Positions 1 to 10,127 are shown, counted from the first letter of the stretch. The stretch: DNA of 64,000 nucleotides from a bacterium (GCA_965209155.1 OZ242383.1:2976001-3040000); one strand, 5' to 3'. The notes: generated by a model from the sequence alone, not told the origin. Translations and numbers: made by a program.

Positions 1-93
1 TACGGCGAAGTAGAACCGTCAACTGCAGATAATAAAGCCGTATTGTGGGCTCGCGCCTGGATCAACAGCAAGTTAAAGGCAAAAATACAGTAA
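1..93 (+). CDS. 3' end of a family-5 ABC substrate-binding protein (partial, runs off the window)
   Basis: Frame 1 reads YGEVEPSTADNKAVLWARAWINSKLKAKIQ*. This matches the C-termini of the three full SBPs in this window (e.g. FGESGMQRASRNTFMARLWIDSALKKEMGH), and it lies directly upstream of the permeases. Confidence 0.8.
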   Translation, partial: YGEVEPSTADNKAVLWARAWINSKLKAKIQ

Positions 94-100
94 TCAGCCC

Positions 101-131
101 ATCGGGGAATGAGGCGATCTCATTCCCCGAT
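101..131. repeat. Perfect 13-bp hairpin between the SBP and permease genes (likely mRNA stabiliser/REP-like)
   Basis: ATCGGGGAATGAG-gcgat-CTCATTCCCCGAT, with no U-tract. Confidence 0.7.
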
Positions 132-163
132 TATGAGAGGGTAGAGAAGCCAGGGGATACAAA

Positions 164-1144
164 ATGCAAACCTACATCATCAGAAGGTTACTCCTGCTCA
201 TCCCTACTATTTGGGTAGCGAGCCTGCTCGTGTTCATCCTGATGCGCCTGATTCCCGGTGATTTTGCGGACAAGATAGCAGCTCAGAACCCATTTTTTCA
301 AGCAGAAGACGCAAAGAGGGTGAGACAGGCCATGGGGCTGGATGAGCCCATCTTGGTCCAATATGGACGCTATATGGGAGTGATGGCCGACCACGAAGGC
401 GCCTATTCCGGAATTTTACAAGGCAGCATCGGAAGATCGCTGTGGAGCAATGAACCTGTGACGAAGGTAATATTCGATCGATTGGCAGCCACTGTTGAGC
501 TGGGGTTCTTTGCTTTAACGATATCGCTCCTCATCGCCTTACCGATCGGTACCTATTCCGCGATACGGCAGGAAACCCTGGGCGACTATGCCGGGCGCAG
601 CTTTGCGATTTTGGCGATTGCCATTCCCAACTTCTGGTTAGGAACGATGATCGTCGTCTTACCCTCGATTTGGTGGGGGTGGTCTCCGGCGATCATGCTG
701 ATCCGGTTCATGGAGGATCCGCTGGGAAACCTGGAGCAGTTCCTCGTTCCGGCTCTTGTTTTGGGCGTGTTTTTATCAGGGATGACCATGAGAATGACGC
801 GAACTATGATGCTTGAGGTGTTGAGACTAGATTACATCAGGACGGCTTGGGCCAAGGGACTCGAGGAGAGGGTAGTCATCCTCCGGCATGCTCTTAAAAA
901 TGCCCTGATTCCCGTGATCACCGTCGTCGGATTTTTAATCCCTTACATTGTTGGGGGTTCCGTTGTCGTAGAGCAGATATTCGGCATCCCTGGCATGAGT
1001 TTGCAATTTCTACAGGCGGTCGAAGATAGAGACTATCCTGTCGTCTCCGGAATCATGTTGTTTGTGGGGGGCGTTGTCCTGCTGTCCAATCTCGTGACGG
1101 ACCTGGCCTATGCCTACCTGGACCCCAGGGTTCGGTATAGATAA
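164..1144 (+). CDS. Family-5 ABC transporter permease (DppB/OppB type)
   Basis: N-terminal YIIRRLL, EAA-loop region DYIRTAWAKGL...RHALKNALIP, C-terminal YLDPRVRY, several TM helices. Confidence 0.95.
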   Translation: MQTYIIRRLLLLIPTIWVASLLVFILMRLIPGDFADKIAAQNPFFQAEDAKRVRQAMGLDEPILVQYGRYMGVMADHEGAYSGILQGSIGRSLWSNEPVTKVIFDRLAATVELGFFALTISLLIALPIGTYSAIRQETLGDYAGRSFAILAIAIPNFWLGTMIVVLPSIWWGWSPAIMLIRFMEDPLGNLEQFLVPALVLGVFLSGMTMRMTRTMMLEVLRLDYIRTAWAKGLEERVVILRHALKNALIPVITVVGFLIPYIVGGSVVVEQIFGIPGMSLQFLQAVEDRDYPVVSGIMLFVGGVVLLSNLVTDLAYAYLDPRVRYR

Positions 1145-1178
1145 AAGGTACTCGTTCACGGATAACCGATAACCGATC

Positions 1179-2126
1179 TTGAACGATAACCTGGAAATCC
1201 CATCCGAAATCAGTGAGCCCAGACGACGTTCCAGGCTGGGCGTGTTCTTGACCAGGCTGGTCAAGGAGAAACCTCTGGGTTTTGTGGGGGGGATTATCGT
1301 GCTGCTCTTTCTGATTGCCGGCATCTTTGCCGATTGGTTGGCGCCTTACGGCGTGAACGAGTATAGCTCCGTGGATTACCTGCATCCCCCCTCATTCAAG
1401 TACCCCCTCGGTGCGGATAACCTGGGGCGGGACATGTTAAGCCGGGTGATCTTTGGGGCTCGCATCTCCATGATTGTCGGTCTCGCTGCTGCTACCCTGG
1501 CTATATTGATTGCCCTCTTGATCGGCGTGCCTTCCGGTTACTTTGGCGGGAAGCTCGATATGGTGGTACAGCGCTTTGTGGATGGCTGGATGGTCTTCCC
1601 CGTGTTAATCCTGCTCCTGGGCATTGTCTCTGTCGTGGGAACCGGGATGTTGCAGTTGATTATCGTTTTAGGGTTGTTTGAAGGGATTTACGGTTCCAGG
1701 ATCATTAGAAGCGCCGTGATCGGGATTCGAGAGAATATGTATTTAGCAGCAGCGGTGGCGATTGGTTGTCCGACGGTGAGAATCATTACCCGACATATTC
1801 TGCCCAATATCATGGCCCCCTTGATCATTGTCTTTTCGTTGAGTGTGCCGACGATCATTTTAAATGAAGCGGCCCTCAGCTTCCTGGGTTTTGGCATCCC
1901 CCCTCCCTCGACCAGCTGGGGAGGGATGCTCAGTGGCTCCGGACGCCGCTATATGTTTCTCGCTCCCTGGATTGCCTTATGGCCTGGTCTTTCTCTGACG
2001 ATTGTCGTCTACGGCATGAATATGTTTGGAGACGCCATGAGAGACTTACTGGACCCGAGGCTGAGGGGCGCTGCAGGGCGCTATGGCGGGTTTCAGGTGA
2101 GGTCTCGCCAAAAGAGAACTTCATGA
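1179..2126 (+). CDS. Family-5 ABC transporter permease (DppC/OppC type)
   Basis: PLGADNLGRDMLSRVIFGARIS, RHILPN, EAALSFLGFG, GDAMRDLLDPR. TTG start is uncertain. Confidence 0.95.
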   Translation: MNDNLEIPSEISEPRRRSRLGVFLTRLVKEKPLGFVGGIIVLLFLIAGIFADWLAPYGVNEYSSVDYLHPPSFKYPLGADNLGRDMLSRVIFGARISMIVGLAAATLAILIALLIGVPSGYFGGKLDMVVQRFVDGWMVFPVLILLLGIVSVVGTGMLQLIIVLGLFEGIYGSRIIRSAVIGIRENMYLAAAVAIGCPTVRIITRHILPNIMAPLIIVFSLSVPTIILNEAALSFLGFGIPPPSTSWGGMLSGSGRRYMFLAPWIALWPGLSLTIVVYGMNMFGDAMRDLLDPRLRGAAGRYGGFQVRSRQKRTS

Positions 2127-2146
2127 TTTTTAAAAAAGGAGGAAAA

Positions 2147-3082
2147 ATGACCCTACCCACTTGGAGCCGCGATGCCGGGACAATGAAACGAGATATCGAC
2201 GAGCATGGATATTGTCTCGTCAAGGAAGCGCTGACCCCGGAACAGCTTGCCGAAGCACGCGAGCGTCTCAGCGAGCAGGCCGAGGCCGAGCGCAAGGCCG
2301 GAGTCGCCTTCCTCACTGACGGCCGGATCCCAGATGACCTGGGAACATTTCCGGAACCCAAGACTGGCAACAGCCAAGCTGTGACTTTTCTCGCAAACAA
2401 GGGCCGTATCTTTCGCGAGATGGCTGTGCTGCCGGACATTCTGGACATTGTGCGCCATGTGCTCGGCGAGGAAATCCGTATCCAAAATCTCTTGGCGCAC
2501 ATCACTCGCAGTGACCGCCAGGCGCAGACGCTGCACCAGGACCAATGGTTCGTCCCATCGTCCGGCTGCTATGACGAACCGATGCGCGCCGGATCGATCA
2601 CACGCGCGAATCCCGGGCAGCCCGAGACACCGGGAGCGACCCTGATGCCGTGCATCGTGTGCAACGTCATGTGGATGCTGGACGACTTCACCAGCGAAAA
2701 CGGCGCGACCTGGATCGTGCCCGGCAGCCACAAGCTCGGACGCCGACCGAACAAGGACGACATTAAGAACCAAATGCAGGTGATAGGCCCGGCCGGCAAC
2801 TGCTTCATCTTCGACGGCCGGCTCTTTCATGGAGCCGGAGCCTACCTCTCTCAGGATCCGACTGGCGAGCGGACGGGCCTCACCTTCGCTTACCAACCGC
2901 CCATGTTCAGGCCCTTCGAGAACTACCCAATGGAGTTACTTCCCGAGGTATATGAGGAAGCCTCCCAAGAGCTTCTCGATCTCCTGGGCTTCAAGGTCTG
3001 GTTCGGCATTGGCCACCGGGGCGACTTCAACGCGGAGCGCATCTCGCGCGACACACCGATCATCGGGGAGCTGAAGCCGTAG
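2147..3082 (+). CDS. Phytanoyl-CoA dioxygenase (PhyH) family Fe(II)/2-oxoglutarate dioxygenase
   Basis: LHQDQ (HxD), LDDFTSENGATWIVPGSH, FDGRLFHGAG. An AAGGAGG RBS precedes the ATG at 2147. Confidence 0.9.
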   Translation: MTLPTWSRDAGTMKRDIDEHGYCLVKEALTPEQLAEARERLSEQAEAERKAGVAFLTDGRIPDDLGTFPEPKTGNSQAVTFLANKGRIFREMAVLPDILDIVRHVLGEEIRIQNLLAHITRSDRQAQTLHQDQWFVPSSGCYDEPMRAGSITRANPGQPETPGATLMPCIVCNVMWMLDDFTSENGATWIVPGSHKLGRRPNKDDIKNQMQVIGPAGNCFIFDGRLFHGAGAYLSQDPTGERTGLTFAYQPPMFRPFENYPMELLPEVYEEASQELLDLLGFKVWFGIGHRGDFNAERISRDTPIIGELKP

Positions 3083-3085
3083 AAA

Positions 3086-3148
3086 AGGGGTCAGGCTTGA
3101 AAGTTTGGAAAATAAAATTTATTATCCAAACTTTCAAGCCTGACCCCT
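3086..3148. repeat. Perfect 24-bp inverted repeat (GGGGTCAGGC...GCCTGACCCC REP-like doublet)
   Basis: AGGGGTCAGGCTTGAAAGTTTGGA (3086-3109) pairs with TCCAAACTTTCAAGCCTGACCCCT (3125-3148). A half copy, GCCTGACCCC, occurs near 58068. Confidence 0.85.
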
Positions 3149-3222
3149 ACCTGAGCATGCCGATGGCTATCAATATTACAATCTGCCCTCCTTTTTCAGG
3201 GGGTGCGTGAAAAGGTGACAAT

Positions 3223-4308
3223 ATGCCACGAAAACTAGCCTTCACAGGCGGGCATCAAATTGAAGTCGTTGAATATGAAGAACGACCATTGGAGCCGAAT
3301 GAGCTTCGCATCAAAACGGAATATGCCTCGGGTAAACACGGGACGCCTCTCGCATATATGGATGACCAGCACCCTCCATGGCAGCGTTGGGATGAAAAGA
3401 TGCGCCTCTTTATCCCAACAGAAGAGCCGCCAGCGGAAGATCGGATGGTCGGTTCGCCAGTCGGTACCAGTGGTGTCGGCACCATTATCGAACTAGGTTC
3501 CGAGGTTTCTCATTGGCAAATTGGGGATCGGGTCTTAGGCTTTCTGGATGTGAGCGAGACGAATATCATTTGTGCCCATCGACCGGCTCATTGGTCGGGA
3601 CCTCCTAATTGGCTGGATGGTGGTCTGTGGAAGTTGGGCGATCTCGATCCACTGTTGGCCTTATGCTTCGAGCCGGCCTTTACGGCCTTCCACTGCATCC
3701 GAGAATCCAACGTCCGCTTTGGTGATACGGTAACCGTCATCGGACTGGGAGCCATTGGTTTACTGGCGGTACGCCTGGCTGCTCTCAGTGGAGCAGAACA
3801 GGTTTTTGCCGTGGATCCGCTGCCGAACCGCCGCCACATGGCGACTGAATTTGGGGCGCACCACGTCCTCGATCCCTTTGCCGGGGATGCCGCGTTGGAA
3901 ATTCACCAGTTGACGGGCGGAGCCGGGGTGGATGTGGCGATTGAGATCAGTGGCAAAATTCCTGCGCTGCAAACCGCGATTCGAGCTGCTCGGAGCGGGG
4001 GGACGGTCTGTTCGGCGAGCGCCTACGCAGGTCAACCGGCGAAGGACCTATGGCTGGGCCGCGAATGGCACAACAACCAGCTGACGATGATCGTTCCTCA
4101 TGGCTGTTCTGATGGTCTTAAACCGCGCGACTTCCCGCGCTGGGACGAGTACCGGGCCTTCGACTGTATTGTGAGTATGATGCGTCAGGGCCGGTTGACC
4201 GCTCCTGGCCTGATCCAGCCCCTCGTTTCGCTTGATAAATTCCAGGAGGTCTGGCGCCTGATCCAGGACCACCCGGAAGAGGTGGTCAAATTTGCAATCC
4301 GCTTTTGA
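3223..4308 (+). CDS. Zn-type/MDR family alcohol (sugar) dehydrogenase
   Basis: GroES-like N-terminus, Rossmann motif VIGLGAIG, GAGVDVAIEISG. Confidence 0.85.
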   Translation: MPRKLAFTGGHQIEVVEYEERPLEPNELRIKTEYASGKHGTPLAYMDDQHPPWQRWDEKMRLFIPTEEPPAEDRMVGSPVGTSGVGTIIELGSEVSHWQIGDRVLGFLDVSETNIICAHRPAHWSGPPNWLDGGLWKLGDLDPLLALCFEPAFTAFHCIRESNVRFGDTVTVIGLGAIGLLAVRLAALSGAEQVFAVDPLPNRRHMATEFGAHHVLDPFAGDAALEIHQLTGGAGVDVAIEISGKIPALQTAIRAARSGGTVCSASAYAGQPAKDLWLGREWHNNQLTMIVPHGCSDGLKPRDFPRWDEYRAFDCIVSMMRQGRLTAPGLIQPLVSLDKFQEVWRLIQDHPEEVVKFAIRF

Positions 4309-4344
4309 AAAAGGAGACGCGACATGGCAAAAGGGAGGTGGTCA

Positions 4345-4444
4345 AAGGGATCTCTCGTGTAATGATTTCTTTGAATTTAAGTACGGAAGGATTTTCATTT
4401 TTTTGAAAGAAATCAATCAGTACGGAAGTATCGACTAAGATCAT
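4345..4444 (-). pseudogene. vapC: Truncated VapC (PIN-domain) toxin
   Basis: ATG at 4444 overlaps the vapB stop (ATGA). It reads MILVDTSVLIDFFQKNENPSVLKFKEIITREIP, a typical PIN N-terminus, then loses similarity and stops after 52 codons. Confidence 0.8.
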
Positions 4445-4641
4445 GACCCTTCCCGCATGCGTTTATGATTATAGCCTGCCTCAAATTCTATTTTCCCTTC
4501 CAGATCCATCAAATTTAAACGACGCTTTTTCTCTACAAATTCTTTGAGTGCTATATAGATTAACTCCTTTTTTGTCTTAACAGAACTGTATTTAAAAGCC
4601 TCGTTCACTAAATTGTCATCCAAAACAATATTTGTCCTCAT
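4441..4641 (-). CDS. vapB: VapB antitoxin (DUF2191/RHH type)
   Basis: MRTNIVLDDNLVNEAF...TKKELI..ALKEFV signature, GAGG RBS, coupled to the PIN fragment. Confidence 0.85.
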   Translation of the reverse strand: MRTNIVLDDNLVNEAFKYSSVKTKKELIYIALKEFVEKKRRLNLMDLEGKIEFEAGYNHKRMREGS

Positions 4642-5131
4642 GGGTACCTCGTTGGATAGGTGTTTAGCTTTTTGTGTATTTTAATACACATGCTAATACA
4701 CTATTTTGATGTTGTCAATGATTCATCTGAGTCACTAGACGAAAGATCTTCGAAAAAGCTGGTTCTGCAAACCCTGTTCGAAGAATACGAAGCAGCCCGG
4801 AGACGGTTTTTGAAAAGGGGTCAAATCATAAACATGGAGCTTATCTCAAAGACCGTTTCCTATTGGCTTTGCTGGGGCCCCAAGGTGGTGTTCCTTAGAC
4901 TTTTTTCTTTTTTAGCGCTTTTCTTCTGTGCCGGTTTGGAAAAGGGTCATTCCTTATCTGGAAGGAATCATCAGAAAATTGTAAAGACAAATAAAAAACT
5001 ATTAAAAGCTTGAACCTGGCAGAAAACCGCTGTATGAATGTTTTCCTGTTTCATGTAAAAATGAATTCATGCTTTGACGAAAGGATGATTCATTCGATGG
5101 GGAAAGTAGCCGACAATCCAGGAGAAAGAAC

Positions 5132-5371
5132 ATGACGAAACCACACATTGCGCAACAAGAACCCTATGGTATTGATTTGGAGCCCGGAGAATACTGGTGG
5201 TGCCAATGCGGCCGGTCTGCCAATCAACCATATTGTGATGGTTCACATAAAAATACTGAATTTGAACCAGTCAAATTCACTATTACGAAAGTCAATAAAT
5301 ATTGGCTCTGTGGTTGCAAACATAGCGCTGATAAACCATTTTGTGACGGTACCCACAACAGACTATCCTGA
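5132..5371 (+). CDS. CDGSH iron-sulfur domain protein (two CDGSH motifs, MiNT/CISD3-like)
   Basis: WCQCGRSANQPYCDGSH and LCGCKHSADKPFCDGTH; AGGAG RBS. Confidence 0.95.
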   Translation: MTKPHIAQQEPYGIDLEPGEYWWCQCGRSANQPYCDGSHKNTEFEPVKFTITKVNKYWLCGCKHSADKPFCDGTHNRLS

Positions 5372-5585
5372 TCTGTTTTAAATTTGTATTCCATTTTGCG
5401 CAATGGACATAGTGACGCACTCTCGTTCTATGGACAAAGTGTTCATTCGGGGTCGGGTAACTTTTCGGGCTCAAGCACCGTCAGTTAATACAAGGTCAAA
5501 GGATCGTAAAAAATAATCGTCTTTTTTCTGAGAGCATCCCAAAGTATTAACTCCTGTAAAGCGATTTTCAGGAAAGGAATTGAAA

Positions 5586-7082
5586 ATGGAGCAACTGGAA
5601 GAAATTGCAGCTCATCCAAGCAGAATCGTTCTTTTAAACGATAACCCACCTTCACAAGCGGCGAAAGCGATCTTCGCAGAGCAGTTGGGAGTCGATCAGG
5701 ATATAATGAGAAAAATCCTGAAAACAGCGATGAGCCTGGGGGGCGATTTCGCGGACTTGTTTTTCGAATACACATTGAGAAATTCAATTATCCTGGAAGA
5801 AGGGATCATTAAAAATTCATCAAAAGCCGTGGTCATGGGGGTAGGTATCAGGGTTCTCAAAGGGGAACAAACCGGTTATGCCTATAGTGAGGGCTTGAGT
5901 CTGAAGCCCATGCTTCATGCAGCCCGAACGGCCGCAGCCATTGCTACGGGCGGCAAAGTGAAAGTCGAAGATGTTGAACAGTTCAATGAATCGGTTCCCT
6001 CCAACTACTATAAAGTCTTAAATTCCATCACCGATTTGGCAATTGCCGAAAAAATCCGCTTGATCCAGGAAGTTGAAAAAAAATCTCATGATTATGACGA
6101 ACGCATAATCAAAGTTACTGTGACCTTGGTGGATTCCATCAATTATGTTCAGATCGCCACTTCTGAAGGAAAAATAATGCGGGACACCCGACCTATGTTT
6201 CGTATGGGAGTCCAAAGCATTGCTCAGGAGGAAGCGAATATTCAGGTTGGATTTTCAGGAGTGGGTGGACGAGTGGGGACGGATTTCCTACAGCAAAGCG
6301 ATCATGCCCGCATCATTGCGGAAAAAGCGGCTGCGCAGGCCATTTTGTTGCTCGATGCTCAACAAGCGCCTTCCGGGGAAATGCCGGTAATTTTGGGTCC
6401 CGCCCAATCCGGTATCCTCTTACACGAGGCAGTTGGACATCCTATCGAAGCTGATTTTAACCGCAAGGGGACTTCGGCTTACAGTGGTCGTGTTGGGGAA
6501 AAAGTGGCTTCGGAGTTATGTACGATTTACGATTCCGGCCAAATAGAGTTCGACCGGGGCGCATTGAATTTTGACGACGAAGGGAACGTCTCTCCCGCCA
6601 GTATGCTGATTGAAAATGGGATCCTGCGCGGATATATGCATGACGGCATCAGCAGTCGACATTATCACGTAGAGACTTCCGGAAACGGGCGGCGAGAATC
6701 TTACGCTCACTACCCCACACCACGAATGACGACTACCTATCTTGCTGCAGGTGATTCGCCTCCGGAAGAAATCATCCACTCCGTCAAAAAGGGAATTTAT
6801 TGCGAATCGTTCAGTGGGGGACAAGTGGATATTTCCAATGGAGATTTCGTTTTTGTTCCCACCGTTGCCTACATGGTAGAGGACGGTAAATGCGCCTACC
6901 CCATTAAAAATTTCACCTTAATAGGCAATGGACCGGATGCGATGTCGAATGTCACCATGGTGGGAAAGGATTTTGCTTTCAGTGAGGGCATCTGGACTTG
7001 TGGAAAACACGGTCAGAGTGTTCCTGTGGGAGTGGGACTGCCCACTGTGCTGGTTTCCCGGATGACTGTGGGAGGTATCTGA
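5586..7082 (+). CDS. tldD: TldD metalloprotease
   Basis: GGDFADLFFE, LLHEAVGHPIEAD (HExxxH), GNGRRESY, C-terminal CGKHGQSVPVGVGLPT. Confidence 0.93.
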   Translation: MEQLEEIAAHPSRIVLLNDNPPSQAAKAIFAEQLGVDQDIMRKILKTAMSLGGDFADLFFEYTLRNSIILEEGIIKNSSKAVVMGVGIRVLKGEQTGYAYSEGLSLKPMLHAARTAAAIATGGKVKVEDVEQFNESVPSNYYKVLNSITDLAIAEKIRLIQEVEKKSHDYDERIIKVTVTLVDSINYVQIATSEGKIMRDTRPMFRMGVQSIAQEEANIQVGFSGVGGRVGTDFLQQSDHARIIAEKAAAQAILLLDAQQAPSGEMPVILGPAQSGILLHEAVGHPIEADFNRKGTSAYSGRVGEKVASELCTIYDSGQIEFDRGALNFDDEGNVSPASMLIENGILRGYMHDGISSRHYHVETSGNGRRESYAHYPTPRMTTTYLAAGDSPPEEIIHSVKKGIYCESFSGGQVDISNGDFVFVPTVAYMVEDGKCAYPIKNFTLIGNGPDAMSNVTMVGKDFAFSEGIWTCGKHGQSVPVGVGLPTVLVSRMTVGGI

Positions 7083-7088
7083 AAAGCA

Positions 7089-8066
7089 ATGTCCCTGCAA
7101 AAACCGCTCGTCCACATTCCTGTCATGATAGAGGAAATTCTGGACCAGACCCCTTCCCAAGTAAAAAAAATGCTCGATTGTACGGTAGGGGGAGGGGGGC
7201 ACAGCGAGGCATTGCTCAATCGATTCGGACATGCTCAACTGGTGGCATTTGACCGAGATCCCCTTGCACTGGAAATAGCCAGTTCCCGATTGCGTCCCTT
7301 CCATGAGCGCATTCAGCTCCAACATTCTCGATTTTCCAAGCTGGAAGAAAATCTAGCTGAAATTGCATGGAAATACGATTTTATTGTCGCTGACCTGGGA
7401 GTGTCTTCTTTTCAACTGGAACTTCCTGAGCGGGGTTTTTCTTTCAGTCATGACGGTCCTCTGGATATGCGGATGGACCCCAATTCTGAAGAAAAGGACG
7501 CCAGCCACTGGATTAATCAAGCCGGCGAACAGGAGTTGGTAGACATTTTTAAACGATATGGAGAAGTGCGATTTGCTCGAAAAATCGCTCAAGGCATTGC
7601 GCAAAAAAGGAAAGAGCAAAAATTTTCTTCCACGCAACAGCTGGCAACCTTTGTTGCTTCCCTCATCCCTCGCCGATTTCACAAAAAAAATACTCATCCT
7701 GCCACCCAAGTCTTTCAAGCCTTACGAATTACCGTCAATGACGAAATGCGAGAATTGAAGGCAATGTTGCAAATCGTTTTACCTTATCTCAATGCCAGGG
7801 GACGGTTGGCATGTATTGCATTCCATTCCCTGGAAGACCGGCTGGTCAAGCAGCATTTTCGGCAATGGGAAAACCCGTGCCGTTGCCCTCCGCTGTTGCC
7901 ACACTGCGTATGTGGCCGGCAACCATTAGGGAAAAGAGTAGTGAAACGTCCTATAGTACCCGGTACGGAAGAAATCGAATACAACCCGCGCAGCCGGAGT
8001 GCCAAACTGCGCATTTTTGAACGATTTGAAGAAGATTCCGTAGAAGGACCAACTGTCTTCAACTAA
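7089..8066 (+). CDS. rsmH: 16S rRNA m4C1402 methyltransferase RsmH (MraW)
   Basis: HIPVM, DCTVGGGGHS, DLGVSSFQL, PLDMRMD, HPATQVFQALRI, FHSLEDRLVK, NPRSRSAKLR. Confidence 0.97.
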   Translation: MSLQKPLVHIPVMIEEILDQTPSQVKKMLDCTVGGGGHSEALLNRFGHAQLVAFDRDPLALEIASSRLRPFHERIQLQHSRFSKLEENLAEIAWKYDFIVADLGVSSFQLELPERGFSFSHDGPLDMRMDPNSEEKDASHWINQAGEQELVDIFKRYGEVRFARKIAQGIAQKRKEQKFSSTQQLATFVASLIPRRFHKKNTHPATQVFQALRITVNDEMRELKAMLQIVLPYLNARGRLACIAFHSLEDRLVKQHFRQWENPCRCPPLLPHCVCGRQPLGKRVVKRPIVPGTEEIEYNPRSRSAKLRIFERFEEDSVEGPTVFN

Positions 8067-8133
8067 CCTGAGTTCGAGAAAAGAATTTAATGAATTCAAT
8101 ATGTTATGGATTCTCCATATCTTAGAGAATCCT

Positions 8134-8181
8134 TGTCATTCCTGCGAAGCGTCCCTGCGAAAACAGGGAGCAGGAATCCAG
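8134..8181 (+). repeat. GTCATTCC...GGAATCCAG REP-like palindrome with a nested inner hairpin, between convergent rsmH and rplL
   Basis: TGTCATTCCTGCGAAGCG-TCCCTGCGAAAACAGGGA-GCAGGAATCCAG. Relatives occur at 40779-40835, 40931-41022 and 45787-45835. Confidence 0.75.
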
Positions 8182-8216
8182 AGGTATACAGCCAGACTGA
8201 AATGGGGTTTCAGCAC

Positions 8217-8606
8217 TCACTGGATTTCGATAGTTGCACCAGCAGCTTCCAGTTTTTCTTTGATTTCGTCTGCTTCGGCTTTAGGAATTCCTTCTTTGAC
8301 AGGTTTCGGCGCCGATTCGACGAATTCTTTGGCTTCTTTCAATCCCAGACCGGTTAGGGCACGAACCTCTTTAATAACATTGATCTTTTTTTCTCCAAAG
8401 GAGGAGAGGATCACGTTGAATTCATCCTTTTCTTCTTCCGTCTCTCCCGCTGCTTCGCTTTCTCCGGCAACGGGAACCCCGACGGTGGTGGCAGCAGCGG
8501 CACTGACTCCAAATTTTTCTTCCAACTCTTTAATCATCTCCGATAATTCCAGAACGGACATACCGGAGATAAAATCAATGACTTGTTCTTTGTTGATTTC
8601 AGTCAT
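8217..8606 (-). CDS. rplL: 50S ribosomal protein L7/L12
   Basis: [49 protein letters not shown]. Confidence 0.98.
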   Translation of the reverse strand: MTEINKEQVIDFISGMSVLELSEMIKELEEKFGVSAAAATTVGVPVAGESEAAGETEEEKDEFNVILSSFGEKKINVIKEVRALTGLGLKEAKEFVESAPKPVKEGIPKAEADEIKEKLEAAGATIEIQ

Positions 8607-8618
8607 GGTTATTCCTTT

Positions 8619-9155
8619 TCATGAATCGTTTTTTTTCGCATCCGCAAGTGCGGACAATGTACGGACAAATTTCGCCGGTATCTCATTGAGAGTATGCACA
8701 AATTGAGAGATGGGGGCATTGAACAAGAAGAGCAATTTTGCCAGCAACTCATCTTTGGAGGGCAAGTCAGCCAAAGCATCGACCTCCTCCGGCTTCAGCA
8801 AAGAGACCTTCCCGTTGCTGCGCAACAAACCCAGTTTGATTTGCAATGATTCATTGTTTTTGGCAAATCCACTGACAACTTTAGCCGGACCAATTGCATT
8901 TTCGTAACTGAAGACTAATGCGCGTGTTTCCAAAAACTGATCTTTCATTTTTTCGAAAGGAGTTCCTTCCAGGGCAATGATGGCCAACGTATTTTTCACA
9001 ATGCGCATATTGGAACCTGATTGCTTGAGTTCCTTACGTAACTCTACCGATTTGTTGGCCGACAATCCCTTGGGATCCACTAAAACGGCTGATGCAATGC
9101 TTCCGAATAACTCTTTCAGCTCAGCCACAATAGCTTCTTTGGTTGATCTTTCCAC
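8619..9155 (-). CDS. rplJ: 50S ribosomal protein L10
   Basis: LRKELK...IVKNTL, LADLPSKDELLAKLL; position between rplA and rplL. Confidence 0.95.
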   Translation of the reverse strand: MERSTKEAIVAELKELFGSIASAVLVDPKGLSANKSVELRKELKQSGSNMRIVKNTLAIIALEGTPFEKMKDQFLETRALVFSYENAIGPAKVVSGFAKNNESLQIKLGLLRSNGKVSLLKPEEVDALADLPSKDELLAKLLFLFNAPISQFVHTLNEIPAKFVRTLSALADAKKNDS

Positions 9156-9270
9156 TCTACCTCACAACGTAAAAAGAGTTCTGATTTCTGAACAAAATCC
9201 AACTCTGGTTAAATCACGATAAATACTGGGATTGACGAAGAAATAGAAAGAAATATCGGAAGGACAATTT

Positions 9271-9327
9271 CTGTCTCGGCGGGGTTTTTTTTAAGCCTTC
9301 AGAACAAAGACCCCTGCTGTCTTCGAC
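9271..9327 (-). promoter_or_regulatory. Ribosomal protein L10 leader (autoregulatory RNA)
   Basis: Minus strand reads GTCGAAGACAGCAGGGG...GGCTTAAAAAAAACCCCGCCGAGACAG, the GAAGAC.GCAGG / TTAA / CC.GCCGAG pattern of L10 leaders, in the rplA-rplJ spacer. Confidence 0.75.
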
Positions 9328-9434
9328 AATCGTTTAATGAATTGATACGATTTTGGCCCCGGCGAAGTGAGGCGTACTGTTGAGAATTTGATTTTTGTTG
9401 ATTTTCACTCCTCTTGAAGGGTTACCAGGTAGAG

Positions 9435-10127
9435 CTATTGGTTCACAGAAACTTTTAACCCAGGCCCCATAGTCGAGCTGACGGAAATGTTTTTGAGATA
9501 GACACCTTTGGATGTCGAGGGTTTCAAACGTATCACCGTGTCAACAAAGGTTTTTATGTTGTCTGTGAGTTTATCTGTTGTGAAAGAAACTTTGCCCACC
9601 GGGATATGAAGATTCCCTTTTTTATCCACTTTAAACTCTACTTGACCAGCCTTGATACTTTTGATGACATTTGTTAGTTCGAATGTGACGGTTCCCACTT
9701 TTGGATTGGGCATCAGTCCACGTGGTCCCAGGATTCTTCCCAATTTTCCGACCATGGCCATCATGTCCGGGGTTGCTACCACGCGATCGAACTCAAACCA
9801 ACCTTCCTCCTGGATTTTTTTGACGAATTCTTCTCCCCCCACGTGATCAGCTCCTGCGTCACGGGCCTCGAGTTCTTTCTCTCCTTTGGCAAAGACCAGA
9901 ACTCGCACTTCTTTCCCCAATCCATGGGGTAACGCGCAAGTGCCTCTCACCATTTGATCTGCTTTTCGAGGATCAACACCCAAACGGATCGCCACATCCA
10001 CAGTTTCATCAAATCGGGTGGTTTTGACTCCTTTGATTAAATCCAAGGCATTTTCCAAGGGATATACCTGCGTTTTGTTTACTTTTTCCTGGATCACCCT
10101 GTTGCGTTTCGTTCTTTTTTTCATCAA
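9435..10127 (-). CDS. rplA: 50S ribosomal protein L1
   Basis: [47 protein letters not shown]. Confidence 0.98.
   Translation of the reverse strand: MMKKRTKRNRVIQEKVNKTQVYPLENALDLIKGVKTTRFDETVDVAIRLGVDPRKADQMVRGTCALPHGLGKEVRVLVFAKGEKELEARDAGADHVGGEEFVKKIQEEGWFEFDRVVATPDMMAMVGKLGRILGPRGLMPNPKVGTVTFELTNVIKSIKAGQVEFKVDKKGNLHIPVGKVSFTTDKLTDNIKTFVDTVIRLKPSTSKGVYLKNISVSSTMGPGLKVSVNQ

Noticed and set aside
4660..5013. 117-aa ORF
   Set aside because: No RBS, no recognisable motif and low-complexity composition. It overlaps the vapB promoter region.
8101..8706. 201-aa plus-strand ORF, and other long antisense ORFs such as 2153-2896, 22917-23699, 32701-33684, 36705-37394, 39296-40129 and 50184-50840
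   Set aside because: These are shadow frames opposite well-supported genes and carry no independent motifs.
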